Source of the DNA: Amoebophrya sp. A120
Taxonomy: Eukaryota > Protista > Dinoflagellata
NCBI GenBank assembly: GCA_905178155.1
Contig: CAJINV010000009.1
Location: 1,856,882-1,920,881 of the forward strand
Direction of reading: 5' to 3'
DNA length: 64,000 bases
Part shown: positions 12,194 to 21,994 of the stretch, piece by piece
How the letters are laid out: every line of letters starts with the position of its first letter
How positions within the stretch are numbered: position 1 is the first letter of the stretch
Program-made: the position numbers and the translations under genes
Notes under the pieces: model-generated
The model's input: the letters and a program-made list of their open reading frames with translations, nothing else
The model's database searches: none
What the model was told of the DNA's origin: nothing

Positions 12194-13425
12194 TCATCCG
12201 TTTGCTGATGGCGAAACCAGGAGTACAGCAGAAACTGCGGAGGACAGCAACGGATCAGCGAGGTCCTCGTCGTGCCTATACCGGTCCTCCTCTTCAGCGC
12301 TGGCACTTTCTGCAATTGTGGTGGAGTCGTCGTCTTCGTCTCTTGCGACTGCTGCTGCTCTGTCCAGTTGCCAAGGTGCCAGGCTCGTTTCTCTCGCGGA
12401 TAAAGCTGGGCCGTGTACCTCGGGCGCTTTGAACCAGGAGGAAAGCCACAGAAACGCGGCGCCAACCTCGGCACCCAACACGATCAGGGACACTTCAACG
12501 ACGGGCATCGTCTTCCTCTTCGTCGTGATAGATTGGTAAGGCTAATTTACACGGGTTTTCATCATTTTATGCTGACAAGGGGCGGAGCGAGGAGCGAGAG
12601 TGACGAAGACAATACGCTATACGCAAAAGGGCAAGTCCGAGCACTATACTAACTCAGCTGGGAGTGACGTTAAGTTGGGGATATAGGTTCTGCTAATGCT
12701 CCTGCGCTTCATCAAACTTGACGAGGCCGATAGAATCCTAATACTTTCATCATATTGATGGCATTGGGACACTAAGTAACACGTCTAGCGCTACTAGGTA
12801 TAGGTTGTTGGTCTTGTCGCTCGATTATCTACTTGGTTTCGTGTAGTTGATGATGTCAATCCGAGGAGCAACTTCTACATTTTCAACCGACAGGAACGGG
12901 TCTCGACCATCAACCGAATCCAAACACTACGAAGCAGTCCATACGACCGAGGAGAAGTGCGTGCGTTATCTCGTCCTTCCAGGTAATCGAGGAAGAGAGC
13001 GACGACGTGTCCAAAGGCAAATACCGATCTAGTATCAGCTCCTGTAGTTGCACCGATTTTTTGACGCTTACGATTGTGACGTGAGCTGCGCTGACTTCTT
13101 TTTGAAATTGAAGGCAACCGCCCACACGACGACACGGCAAAGTCAGAGCACTTGTTGGACGGAGACTTGAACTCCAGGAGCGAGCAGCTGCACTGTGTCT
13201 GAAAGAGATGCCTTCTTCCACAAAAAAAGTTGTCTCTTCGTGGTGTTCATTTTTCAAAACAGCAAAATGCCTTAGCCTTTCATTTGGGTACGAGATCATC
13301 TGTGCGAACGCGAGGCAAAAGGTAAAAGAATTGTACAGGATTGAAAACTGCAGCAGGTGAAATTCCAATTGCAATTCCATCCATGTCATGTGTTGGCCGT
13401 CCAAAAATCTAGCCATCATCGTCAT
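12194..13425 (-). CDS. Possible hypothetical gene(s); exon structure unresolved
   Basis: ORFs 12910-13425 and 12194-12508 on the same strand as the neighbouring genes; no recognisable domain. Confidence 0.3.
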
Positions 13426-13588
13426 CGGTATTAGTTTTTGTTTTTCATCGTCGGCTCGTCTTTCTCTATGTTGCTGTTAGGTCGTGGTATTGTGCCAGGA
13501 GCACGAAGAGGAACTGGGCCAATGTCAAAAAATTTCTTGCGGTTGCTCCAGAGGAACAGAAGATGGCAAGTTTTGTCTACGGCTATAC

Positions 13589-15035
13589 TCAGTTTGTGTT
13601 CGCTTTTCCGTGCTTTGACATTAGGTACTCCCCCGCAATGACCATGGGGTACTTCGTGCTTCCATCACTCTCGCGACAACTTGGGAAAGTCTCAATCGCC
13701 GCGTCCTCGTTAGCGTTGAAAAAAAACGCCACACTCTGTCGCCGGTTGGACACGTTCGGGCGGATTAACGGCGGTGCTACCTGTGGGTGACATGCCATAA
13801 ACATATAAGCAATAAATCGACGCAGAACAAGAGACGAAGCAGCACAGCCACAGGCATGTCAGAAATCAATTCGAAATAAGAGCACTTTTATGCTGCAAAA
13901 ATTCTCTAGTTTGTACCACTTGATGCACTGTAGATTTCCACTTGTCGTTGGTCCACCGCATCATTAAGTCTCCGATGTTGACCACGAACGCGTTGCCGCA
14001 GGCGCTGGGCTTCACGTTGACCCAGGACTTGGTGAACTCGTTCCGGACCTGCAGGCCCCCGGTCTGGTCCTGTTTCAGGATTGTCAGGATTCCGTAGTCC
14101 GTGTGCGGACTGGCGCGCAGTTTGTTCGGCTGGTACTGGTCTAGGTGCGGGTAGTTCAGCAAGCGGCACGCGCTCTGGTGCTCGTCCACCTTGTTGAGAA
14201 ACCAATTCACGTCCGGTAACTCCAGTGCCATGGCAAAAACCTGCAGCAGCTTCTTCGCCAGCAGAAACATCGACTCGTAGTACGTCTCGCACGCCTGTTG
14301 AAACGAAAGATCCGACGAGAGATCGAGGACGTTGTTCTCGGCACTGCCACCCTGTGCAGCCCCCTGCTGGAACAGTTCTTGGCGCGGAAACTTGAAGGGA
14401 CGGAAGCTTTTGTGGAGCGTGAAATTGAAAGTCTCTTTCATGTCCGGCTCCGGCTTTTGCAGCTTGGCAGGTGGCTCAACGTGATCCGTCTTCGTCCTTT
14501 TCGCAGGCTTTTCTAGTTCATCCACGGACGCGGGCGATCTCTCGTCGCCAGTTGATGGGCAGTTCAAGTTCTCCTTTGTAGTATCCTTTATTTCGTCCTC
14601 CTTGCTGTCAGCTACTTGCTCCGTTTCATGCCAGCCTTTCGCGAGAATCTCCGCAGCCTCGTAACCGTACGGGTAGGTGGGTGTCATGGGGGTTTCGTTT
14701 TTTGATTCCTCTGGTAAATCGAAGAAGTCCTTGCTTTTCGCGAACATATTCTTCACGATAGTCTCCTCGACCCCGTGGCCAACAATTTGAAAAAAACCTA
14801 CGGTCTCCATGGTGTGTCGCATCTTCTGCACCAACTTTTGCACGTCGGCCGACTCCAGAAGAGCAGCCTCTTCTGTACTAAACATCGGAGACAGGTCCAG
14901 TGTTGGCACAAAGGCCTCGGTGGAAGAGCCGGGGCAGGGCGCTGATTTGTTCACATCTGCCTCAGCTGAGACCACTGTCATCTTGTCCACCTCCTCAGCG
15001 GATGAGGCTGGGTGGGCCACAACCGAAATCGTCAT
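13589..15035 (-). CDS. 2-oxoglutarate/Fe(II) dioxygenase, IPNS-like (DIOX_N + 2OG-FeII_Oxy), 2 exons
   Basis: VPTLDLS, GFFQIVGHGV, RLLNYP, HTDYGILTIL, NIGDLMMRWTNDKWKSTVHQV; GT-AG intron 13781-13916 joins the exon carrying RRQSVAFF (RxS motif). Confidence 0.93.
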
Positions 15036-15958
15036 GATAAAAAGTAAAAGTTCGTTTTAGCGAGAGGTATACGTATAGTACCACTGTTGAAGAAAAAAAT
15101 GAAAATCACATCAACAAAGTAGTAGATAATCAAAGGAAAATCCGAATAGGGAAGGAAGTGCTAGTTTGCAGTTCTACTTCAACCTTTTTATTTTTTTGTG
15201 TAGCTCGGTGCGTTAGTTGCTTAATGCCTGATAATGAAGAACATAAACAAAGCGTCTCGTTCTCGAGAACGATGACGATCATGCTTGCACCACGATTTTT
15301 GCTGCCTTTTTAGAGATCGGCGGGTTGTCCTAAAGAAATAGGAACGACTTGATTACGCTGCCGCAAGCATTCATGACGCAAAAGTAAGTAGAGAGCCGCA
15401 CGACGATCGGATAGTTGAGCTCGAGCTCGAGATCACGCGAACCGAAAGTATTGACACACTTCCAAAATACCAGCTCAACTTGCTTCCGGATCACACTCGT
15501 CATACTCGTTTGATCTTAGAAGCAGCCTCCGCTGGGGTACCACTCGCGTGGATCCAATGCGATCTTCCTTGTTCGTGAACGTGAAGATCGCTTGGTCGTT
15601 TCTTTTCTACTACATCACACGAAGACCGACATGAAGATGACGGTTGCCTCAATAGAGCATGAGCAGCGATTTAGCTGTACATTCTCAGCGATGTTGTGCT
15701 GAACCTGAAGGTCAAAAACTTACTTAGATATAGATGTTCATGTTGTTGGCACAAGAAAAATGAAACGGTCGTCTTTCATCCGAACCAAAAATTACGAGAA
15801 CCTCGGCAATGAATTTCGTCACTGCAAAGTGGACATCCGATTGCGACTGTGAAGGAGGGTGATCAATCCAGTTCCAAAGAAGTCTGCAACGACTGCTTTC
15901 ATGATTTTTTGCCAAAAGTGTATATTCATATTGAATTCAACGCGATTGTTTCGGAAGA

Positions 15959-17731
15959 TCAGCACCAGGCTCGAAAAGCCTCCTGACATGCATCGTATGT
16001 GACCGTGCTCATTACTTTCGCGAAGTTATTGGATTTTCCGTTCGCGTGCGCACAGATCTCGTCCTCTTCCGAGTCGGAGTAATACTCGAAGTTACTCGTG
16101 TCCTCTTCGCTCTTCAAAGTTGGCAGGAAGGGTGGCTCCAGCTTCTTCGCCAGCAGCTGCTGAAAATACCTCTCCCCGCTGATGATCACGGAGGTTTTAT
16201 TTGTTTCGACGGAGGTCGAGGTCATGGGCTTGTGGTCTCCGACGCAGACGCTCTTGTTGTCTTCTGGAGAATTTTTTGTGCTAGTGCTTGTTGTAGAAGA
16301 AACAAGCTCCTCTTCGAGCACCATCGTGGTGAAGAACTTGTGCGGCACGAGCTGTTTGTGCGTCCATCGTTTTCCCGGGTCGGCGCAGAGCAGGTGCTGG
16401 ATGATGTCTCGGGCAGATTTTTCCGACTTTAGGAAGGATGGAAACCGCACTCTTTCCCGTCCCAGGAGTTTCTGGTAGATGTTCAGTGGGTAGGGAATCT
16501 TTGCCGCGGCCTCTTGATGCTTTTTCTGCCGTGGCTTGTTGTCTTGTTTACTCAGTGGTGGCGAGCTCGCACTTTTGCTCCCGTCCTCGTCGCGACCATC
16601 GACTCCAGGGGGTATGTCCTCCCTGTTTTCGTCAGAACTAGAGGAACTTTCCTCGCGGAACGGCGCGTTCCCGGTGAGCATTTCGAACAGAAAAACACCG
16701 AGGCACCACCAGTCCACGGCGCAGTCGTGACCCTGGTTCAGAAGAATCTCGGGGGCGATGTATTCCGGGGTGCCCACAAAGGATTTTGTCCGGCTGGTCC
16801 GAAATGAGGAGAGTACTACCGGCTCGCTGGCGGTAGATGAGGGCCTGGTAGAGCTCGCTGATGTTGGAGACGACTTCTTGCCGGACGAAGGTCCGCGGTT
16901 TTGATTCGAATTGTTCAGGATTCGCTTGTTCTGAGCAGTGCCGTCGAGCTCCTGACTTGTCCGGCCGTGCAGCTGATTCATCGTGCCAAAATCACCCCCT
17001 GGAGCACCCCCATTAGAAGGCGCCAGACATGCGTCGAGTAGTTTTGCGGCACCGAAATCCGCGAGCTTCAGATACCCGTCGTGAGCGAGCAACAGGTTCT
17101 CGGGCTTCAGGTCCCGGTACACGATGCGTTTGTCTACGTGCAGGTACTGGAAGGCCGCGACGATGCAGCCGGCGTAGAACCGCGCGACCGGGGCGATCAG
17201 CCGCCCGCGCTGCCGCAGGTGGAAGAAAAATTCGCCCCCGCGGACAAACTCCAGAACAAAGTAGACGTTGCGGTTCGTCTGAAAAACCCCGTACAACTCG
17301 ACGAGAAAGGGGTGCGTCAGTTGCGACAACAAGTCGCGCTCGCAGTAGGCCTGCTTCGTCTGGTTTTGCTTCACCAGCTTTTGCTTCTGCAGCGACTTTA
17401 AAGCGACAATGCGATTTCCGTGCTTCTTCGATTTCGCGAAGTACACCCGCCCGAAAGCGCCGATTCCCAGCGTCGTGCCGATTTCAAAGTCCGCCAACGT
17501 GAAATCCGTCTGTAGCACTTTCCTCTTGCTCGTGTTCTTTGCGGAAAGCGAAAGCATGTCCTTGCCCCTGCTAGAAGTACTGGAGCTACTGGACGAAGTC
17601 GCAGAGGCAGAAACCGCGGATGTTGCAGCTCCTGCAAAGGTAGCTGAGTCCTTGTTGTGAGGAGACGAGGAGCTGGTGCTACGGTCCGAAGCAACCGCCA
17701 CTGCCCGCGTGGGAGTTGTTTGAACGACCAT
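15959..17731 (-). CDS. AGC-family Ser/Thr kinase, PKA catalytic subunit-like
   Basis: LGIGAFGRV, VALK, YRDLKPENLL, DFG, GTPEYIAPE, VDWWCLG and the AGC tail PPFLP..EDTSNF. Confidence 0.93.
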   Translation of the reverse strand: MVVQTTPTRAVAVASDRSTSSSSPHNKDSATFAGAATSAVSASATSSSSSSTSSRGKDMLSLSAKNTSKRKVLQTDFTLADFEIGTTLGIGAFGRVYFAKSKKHGNRIVALKSLQKQKLVKQNQTKQAYCERDLLSQLTHPFLVELYGVFQTNRNVYFVLEFVRGGEFFFHLRQRGRLIAPVARFYAGCIVAAFQYLHVDKRIVYRDLKPENLLLAHDGYLKLADFGAAKLLDACLAPSNGGAPGGDFGTMNQLHGRTSQELDGTAQNKRILNNSNQNRGPSSGKKSSPTSASSTRPSSTASEPVVLSSFRTSRTKSFVGTPEYIAPEILLNQGHDCAVDWWCLGVFLFEMLTGNAPFREESSSSSDENREDIPPGVDGRDEDGSKSASSPPLSKQDNKPRQKKHQEAAAKIPYPLNIYQKLLGRERVRFPSFLKSEKSARDIIQHLLCADPGKRWTHKQLVPHKFFTTMVLEEELVSSTTSTSTKNSPEDNKSVCVGDHKPMTSTSVETNKTSVIISGERYFQQLLAKKLEPPFLPTLKSEEDTSNFEYYSDSEEDEICAHANGKSNNFAKVMSTVTYDACQEAFRAWC

Positions 17732-18505
17732 GACTATATGTGCATCCACCAAGATCAGATTCTTTCAGATAAACACTTTTTTCTTTGGTGTAATGTCGTC
17801 AGGGTGGCGGTGGTCCGCTATGTTCTATGAGAATCCAAGCACGGTGAGAATGCCACATAGAATGACACATGTCTTTTGAACGACCACCAAATCTTCACGC
17901 AAGCCATCAACTCTTGGAACGATGACACTTCTAGTGGTACCAAACAGGAAGCGGAAGCGGAACCAATCGTAGTGAATTTTCACAACACTTTTTCTTGTCG
18001 GGACCGGAACAAAAATTATTTCCACGACGGAGCAACATTCAAGGCAAAGTTTGGCGCTACGCTGCTGCCGTAATTTACATGATCAGATACATATGATCAG
18101 AATTTCAACTGTTCTTGCTAAAAGTAGAGAAGGAAAACAACAAAATTATTTCGATACGTTGTCCTAAAACGTGCCTATCCATATCGTAGCTGATGACAAC
18201 ATTGTTGTTGCAGCTTCTGTTGAAGGATCTCCAGCGGATTTTTCGGAACAATGAATGTATGAGTGTCACCTGCACAACTTCAACTCCCATCGTCACACGG
18301 CACCGACCAGATTGTCATCATCCGTCGCGAAACCACTTTCAAACATGTGTACTTTCTGTGTGACGCTAAGAAAACTTGTTCTGGTTCTGAAACTACAATC
18401 ATGAGCTCTCAAATTTATGAAGAAACTTTTGCTAGTCACGCACTTGTCTCGCAGTCTCATTCTCATTTTTTGACAAGATGAGTATTAGTATTTGAATTTT
18501 CGATT

Positions 18506-21313
18506 TCAATGAAAGCGCTGCACGAGGTCGGGACAGACGCTCTGCTTGATTTCAAAAAGTTCTTGCTGCAGGAAATTTTCCGAGAAGCGGTGTTTGTCTC
18601 GCTGTCCCTGTACCAAATCGTGGTCCGCCTTCGTTTCTTCGTCGTAGTCTGGGTGGAATTTCCGAACCCAGGGCACCGCCGACAGTGCGAACTCAGTTCG
18701 GTTCAACACACAGCTGTCAAAGTAATCGGAGGTGACCGGCGTCGTTGTCGTTGTGTCAGTGTCGCCGAAAGAATGCAAAGATCTTGGCTCCTGCCTAGAA
18801 GTTTCTCCTGCTCGTTCGCATCCACCTGCAGATAATTTCCCTCTTGCGTTTTCTCTTCGGGAGGCATGTTGATGACCGTCCTCGTCCAAGAGCTCTGACA
18901 GGGCGTCGAAAAGGTTCACACCATGCCCTTGCACGAAGTCAACCACGACACTTGTATCCTCTGCCATATACTGCCGATGCAGCTCCGCTGCCTTGAGTTC
19001 CATCGCCAGGACACGGGGCAGCGTCAGGGTGTCCACGATGCGGCTCCGGTGCCGGTGCTCCTCCTCGCGAAGATAGTGCTCATGTTGTTGTGTGGACCTG
19101 GACGCAGCGCTCCCGGAGTGGTTTTTGCTGGTGCTGCTGAACAGTCGATTGACGTTTTGCTGGTCGCCAGCCATTTTGACAGTATCCAACCTTGCTTGGT
19201 GCGCTTTCTGTATCAGGACCCAGTTCAACGCGAAGGTGAATTTTTGGCGCGCCAGTTCCGCTTGTTCTTGCTGGATGCAAACACCACCACTAAATGACTC
19301 CTCACTCCCTGCTTTCCGAAAGGTCTCTTGATCGCTGCTGTCCCCGAACTCACCGCCTTTTTCTGTTTTTATGTCCAACGTCGCCGTATTTTTCCGGTCG
19401 GGATGAATTATGTCGAATCGGAATTTTTCGTCTTCTCGGAAGTACCGCATACAGCTGGTTACGAAGGACAAGGCGTCCTTTGTCGCCGCGGAAGTGACGT
19501 GATGATCCGCAGCGCTCTCTCCCATCGTGCCGCTGATTGCCGCGATTGCCTCGCGCTGCCACGTATTCACCTGGCGTCGCCAATCAAATTTCGCTGTCCT
19601 GGGCGTCGTGGGCGATACCCTGCTTGCAGATGACTCATCCCCACCTCCTGTATTAAGGCTGTTCTCCGGGTGCGCCTGGCCATCTTCCTCCCGTCGAACT
19701 TCCTGCTGCTCATCGTGGTGGTCGTCGTTGCTATCGTCCACGTCTGCTTTCCTCGCCAGAGAAGCTCGCGCTGAAGGTTGTTCCGTGTCGGATTCGTTCC
19801 CAGCGGTGTTGCGCATGATTCGTGAAATGAGTGCACACCGGCGCTTGAACCACGGGGAGGCCTCTGGCAGTTCGAGAAAATGCTCCTTCAGCAGCAGCCT
19901 CCCGTCTTGCTCCGTCGTGGCGAACGCGATTTTCTCCGCGCACAGCTGCAACAAGTCAAACGCGTCCTGCCCGGCGATCCAGTACTTGGCGAGATTGGCG
20001 TACACACTGTCCGCTCCCTGGAGTTCCAGGTTGGACAGCGCGCAAAATTTCGCGACCGAATTGCTCGCGAGCAGCAGCGACAAGCCCCCGAGTAGCGGTT
20101 TGGCGTGCAGGTCGGGGAAGCGGACCTTGGTGCTCCTACTGGCGCAGGAATACTCGCTGAAGAACAGCGTGGCAACGCCCTCCTGGAGCACGTAACCGGG
20201 AAAGTGTGTGAGCAGCGGTTTGCGGTAGTCGGCAATAGTCAACGTTAGCTCCTGAAAGTGCTTCAGAAACGTTCGAATCACCAGCGAAGAAGTGCTCGTG
20301 ACAGCGGCGGGACGTGGTCCTGTAGAGCCATCTTCTTCCACATTCAAGGCAGCAACAGACGGGTCGTACGACGAGGAATCCTCAACGTCGTCGACTGGAG
20401 GACCTCCGTTCGTAATCGTAGTTTCGGGAAAGGCGGTGCCAGTGCTTGACGAGATTCTAGGTTTGCGCACTGTTGACCAATAGCCATGCCTTCTGTGTTT
20501 TATTTTGTCGCGCTGTTCGGCAGCAGAAAGCAGCAGCAGGTCGAACTCCGAGAGCCCTTCAAAGACAAAGCCGGCGTGCTCGAATTCCGCCCCGAGCAAG
20601 TGTTTTCGACGCTCGCACGTTTCGATCGTATCATCCATGTTGTGTGTGAGGCACACAAACCGTTTTGTGGTGTTTACCTCGAGATCGCGCAGTTTTGTGA
20701 TCAGCAGGTTCACGCTCGGCAAGTCAAGACCCACCTTCGTCGAACACTGGCTGGTCCGAAACGCGTCTGTCGGCGCGTTCAGGACGAGATACCCCATTCC
20801 CACGTTGTTGCGCTCCAGCACCACCCGTTGCATCGCCGCGTCGTCGAAGTAGCGCTGCTCTCGACGAGAAGCGAACAGGGGGTCTTGTGGGTAGACGAAG
20901 TGTACAGTTGGGTCCTCTTGTGCGTGAAGTTGCTCCGCGCTTGAATGATCGTGTGAAAAACCGAGCTGATCATGGTGTCTTCCCCGGGCATTCAAAGTTG
21001 CTTGGCCGTACGAGTGGCGCACGCGCGCGTCGTAGTAGCGACTGCTCAAAAGCCTCGTCTTCGTATAAAAGCTGCGATAGGCGGTTGCGGCGCACGATTG
21101 ACGTAATCTTCGGTCGTGGTGGTGCTCGTCGTTCTTGTTTTCCACTACGTAGTTATTGGGCTGCTGTAACGCCATTGTCACAATACGGCCCTGGTGCTCG
21201 TGCAACAACTGCCGGTAAACGCCTGCGTTGGCCAATGTAGTCGTCGTGTTTGCACGAAGCGAATGACCACCTTGATAGCGGCCAACGACAGATGTCGGCG
21301 GCCGAGACGGCAT
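18506..21313 (-). CDS. Degenerate 3-hydroxyisobutyryl-CoA hydrolase-like (crotonase/ECH_2) protein, candidate mitoribosomal mS47
   Basis: IADYRKPLLTHFPGYVLQEG, STKVRFPD..LLGGLSLLL and LELQGADSVYANLAKYWI align by eye with HIBCH; Arg-rich presequence-like N-terminus; start placed at the first ATG. Confidence 0.7.
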   Translation of the reverse strand: MPSRPPTSVVGRYQGGHSLRANTTTTLANAGVYRQLLHEHQGRIVTMALQQPNNYVVENKNDEHHHDRRLRQSCAATAYRSFYTKTRLLSSRYYDARVRHSYGQATLNARGRHHDQLGFSHDHSSAEQLHAQEDPTVHFVYPQDPLFASRREQRYFDDAAMQRVVLERNNVGMGYLVLNAPTDAFRTSQCSTKVGLDLPSVNLLITKLRDLEVNTTKRFVCLTHNMDDTIETCERRKHLLGAEFEHAGFVFEGLSEFDLLLLSAAEQRDKIKHRRHGYWSTVRKPRISSSTGTAFPETTITNGGPPVDDVEDSSSYDPSVAALNVEEDGSTGPRPAAVTSTSSLVIRTFLKHFQELTLTIADYRKPLLTHFPGYVLQEGVATLFFSEYSCASRSTKVRFPDLHAKPLLGGLSLLLASNSVAKFCALSNLELQGADSVYANLAKYWIAGQDAFDLLQLCAEKIAFATTEQDGRLLLKEHFLELPEASPWFKRRCALISRIMRNTAGNESDTEQPSARASLARKADVDDSNDDHHDEQQEVRREEDGQAHPENSLNTGGGDESSASRVSPTTPRTAKFDWRRQVNTWQREAIAAISGTMGESAADHHVTSAATKDALSFVTSCMRYFREDEKFRFDIIHPDRKNTATLDIKTEKGGEFGDSSDQETFRKAGSEESFSGGVCIQQEQAELARQKFTFALNWVLIQKAHQARLDTVKMAGDQQNVNRLFSSTSKNHSGSAASRSTQQHEHYLREEEHRHRSRIVDTLTLPRVLAMELKAAELHRQYMAEDTSVVVDFVQGHGVNLFDALSELLDEDGHQHASRRENARGKLSAGGCERAGETSRQEPRSLHSFGDTDTTTTTPVTSDYFDSCVLNRTEFALSAVPWVRKFHPDYDEETKADHDLVQGQRDKHRFSENFLQQELFEIKQSVCPDLVQRFH

Positions 21314-21994
21314 GCTGAATTTGTGGCTCAAGCGGCCCTTCGGGGGATGGAAGATAGACCAACGCAACTTAAGTAAGCTCTCGTCTTCAAAAACCAAAAT
21401 GAGTGTTCGTCGTCAAAATATTCAACAAGAAAGAGAAATGAGATGATCTTTTTTGCTTGAAAGAACCTGCTTCACAGACGAGCTGCAGAACAGGAACAGG
21501 TAGCAACACGAAGAATCTACTTTTTCAACAACACGAATCACATAGCAGTGGCCCGCTGGAAAGTGATTTTTCTTTGTTTATTCCCCCGTCCACTGCTGGA
21601 GCTGGAGGAAGTAGAGAAAAGAGTAGATGAATTCCACCTATCCCGATACTTTTGCCATCATCAAAACAGCCCTTGTAAAGTCAAAGGGCGTATAAAACGC
21701 CAAATGTTCTTCTTCTTGTTGAGGTTCGTCGGTGCTTTCAAATCCGTCGACTATTCCACCACTTCTTGGACTAGGTGTTTTTGCCGTAGCAAAGTTTTCA
21801 AGAATTACAAAACGGCACGCCACGTCTTGTGTCCGCGGTAGCCATCCTATTAACCGTCGATTCCGACAAGCGACGCTGTTGTGGTCTCCAGCCCTCTGAG
21901 AAGTGTACTTCTAGTATATCATGTTTGATGGTCCAAATCCACGTGCCGTGCGTGGTGCTGCAGCAGCACGCGTCATATACAACCTGAGCCTCAT

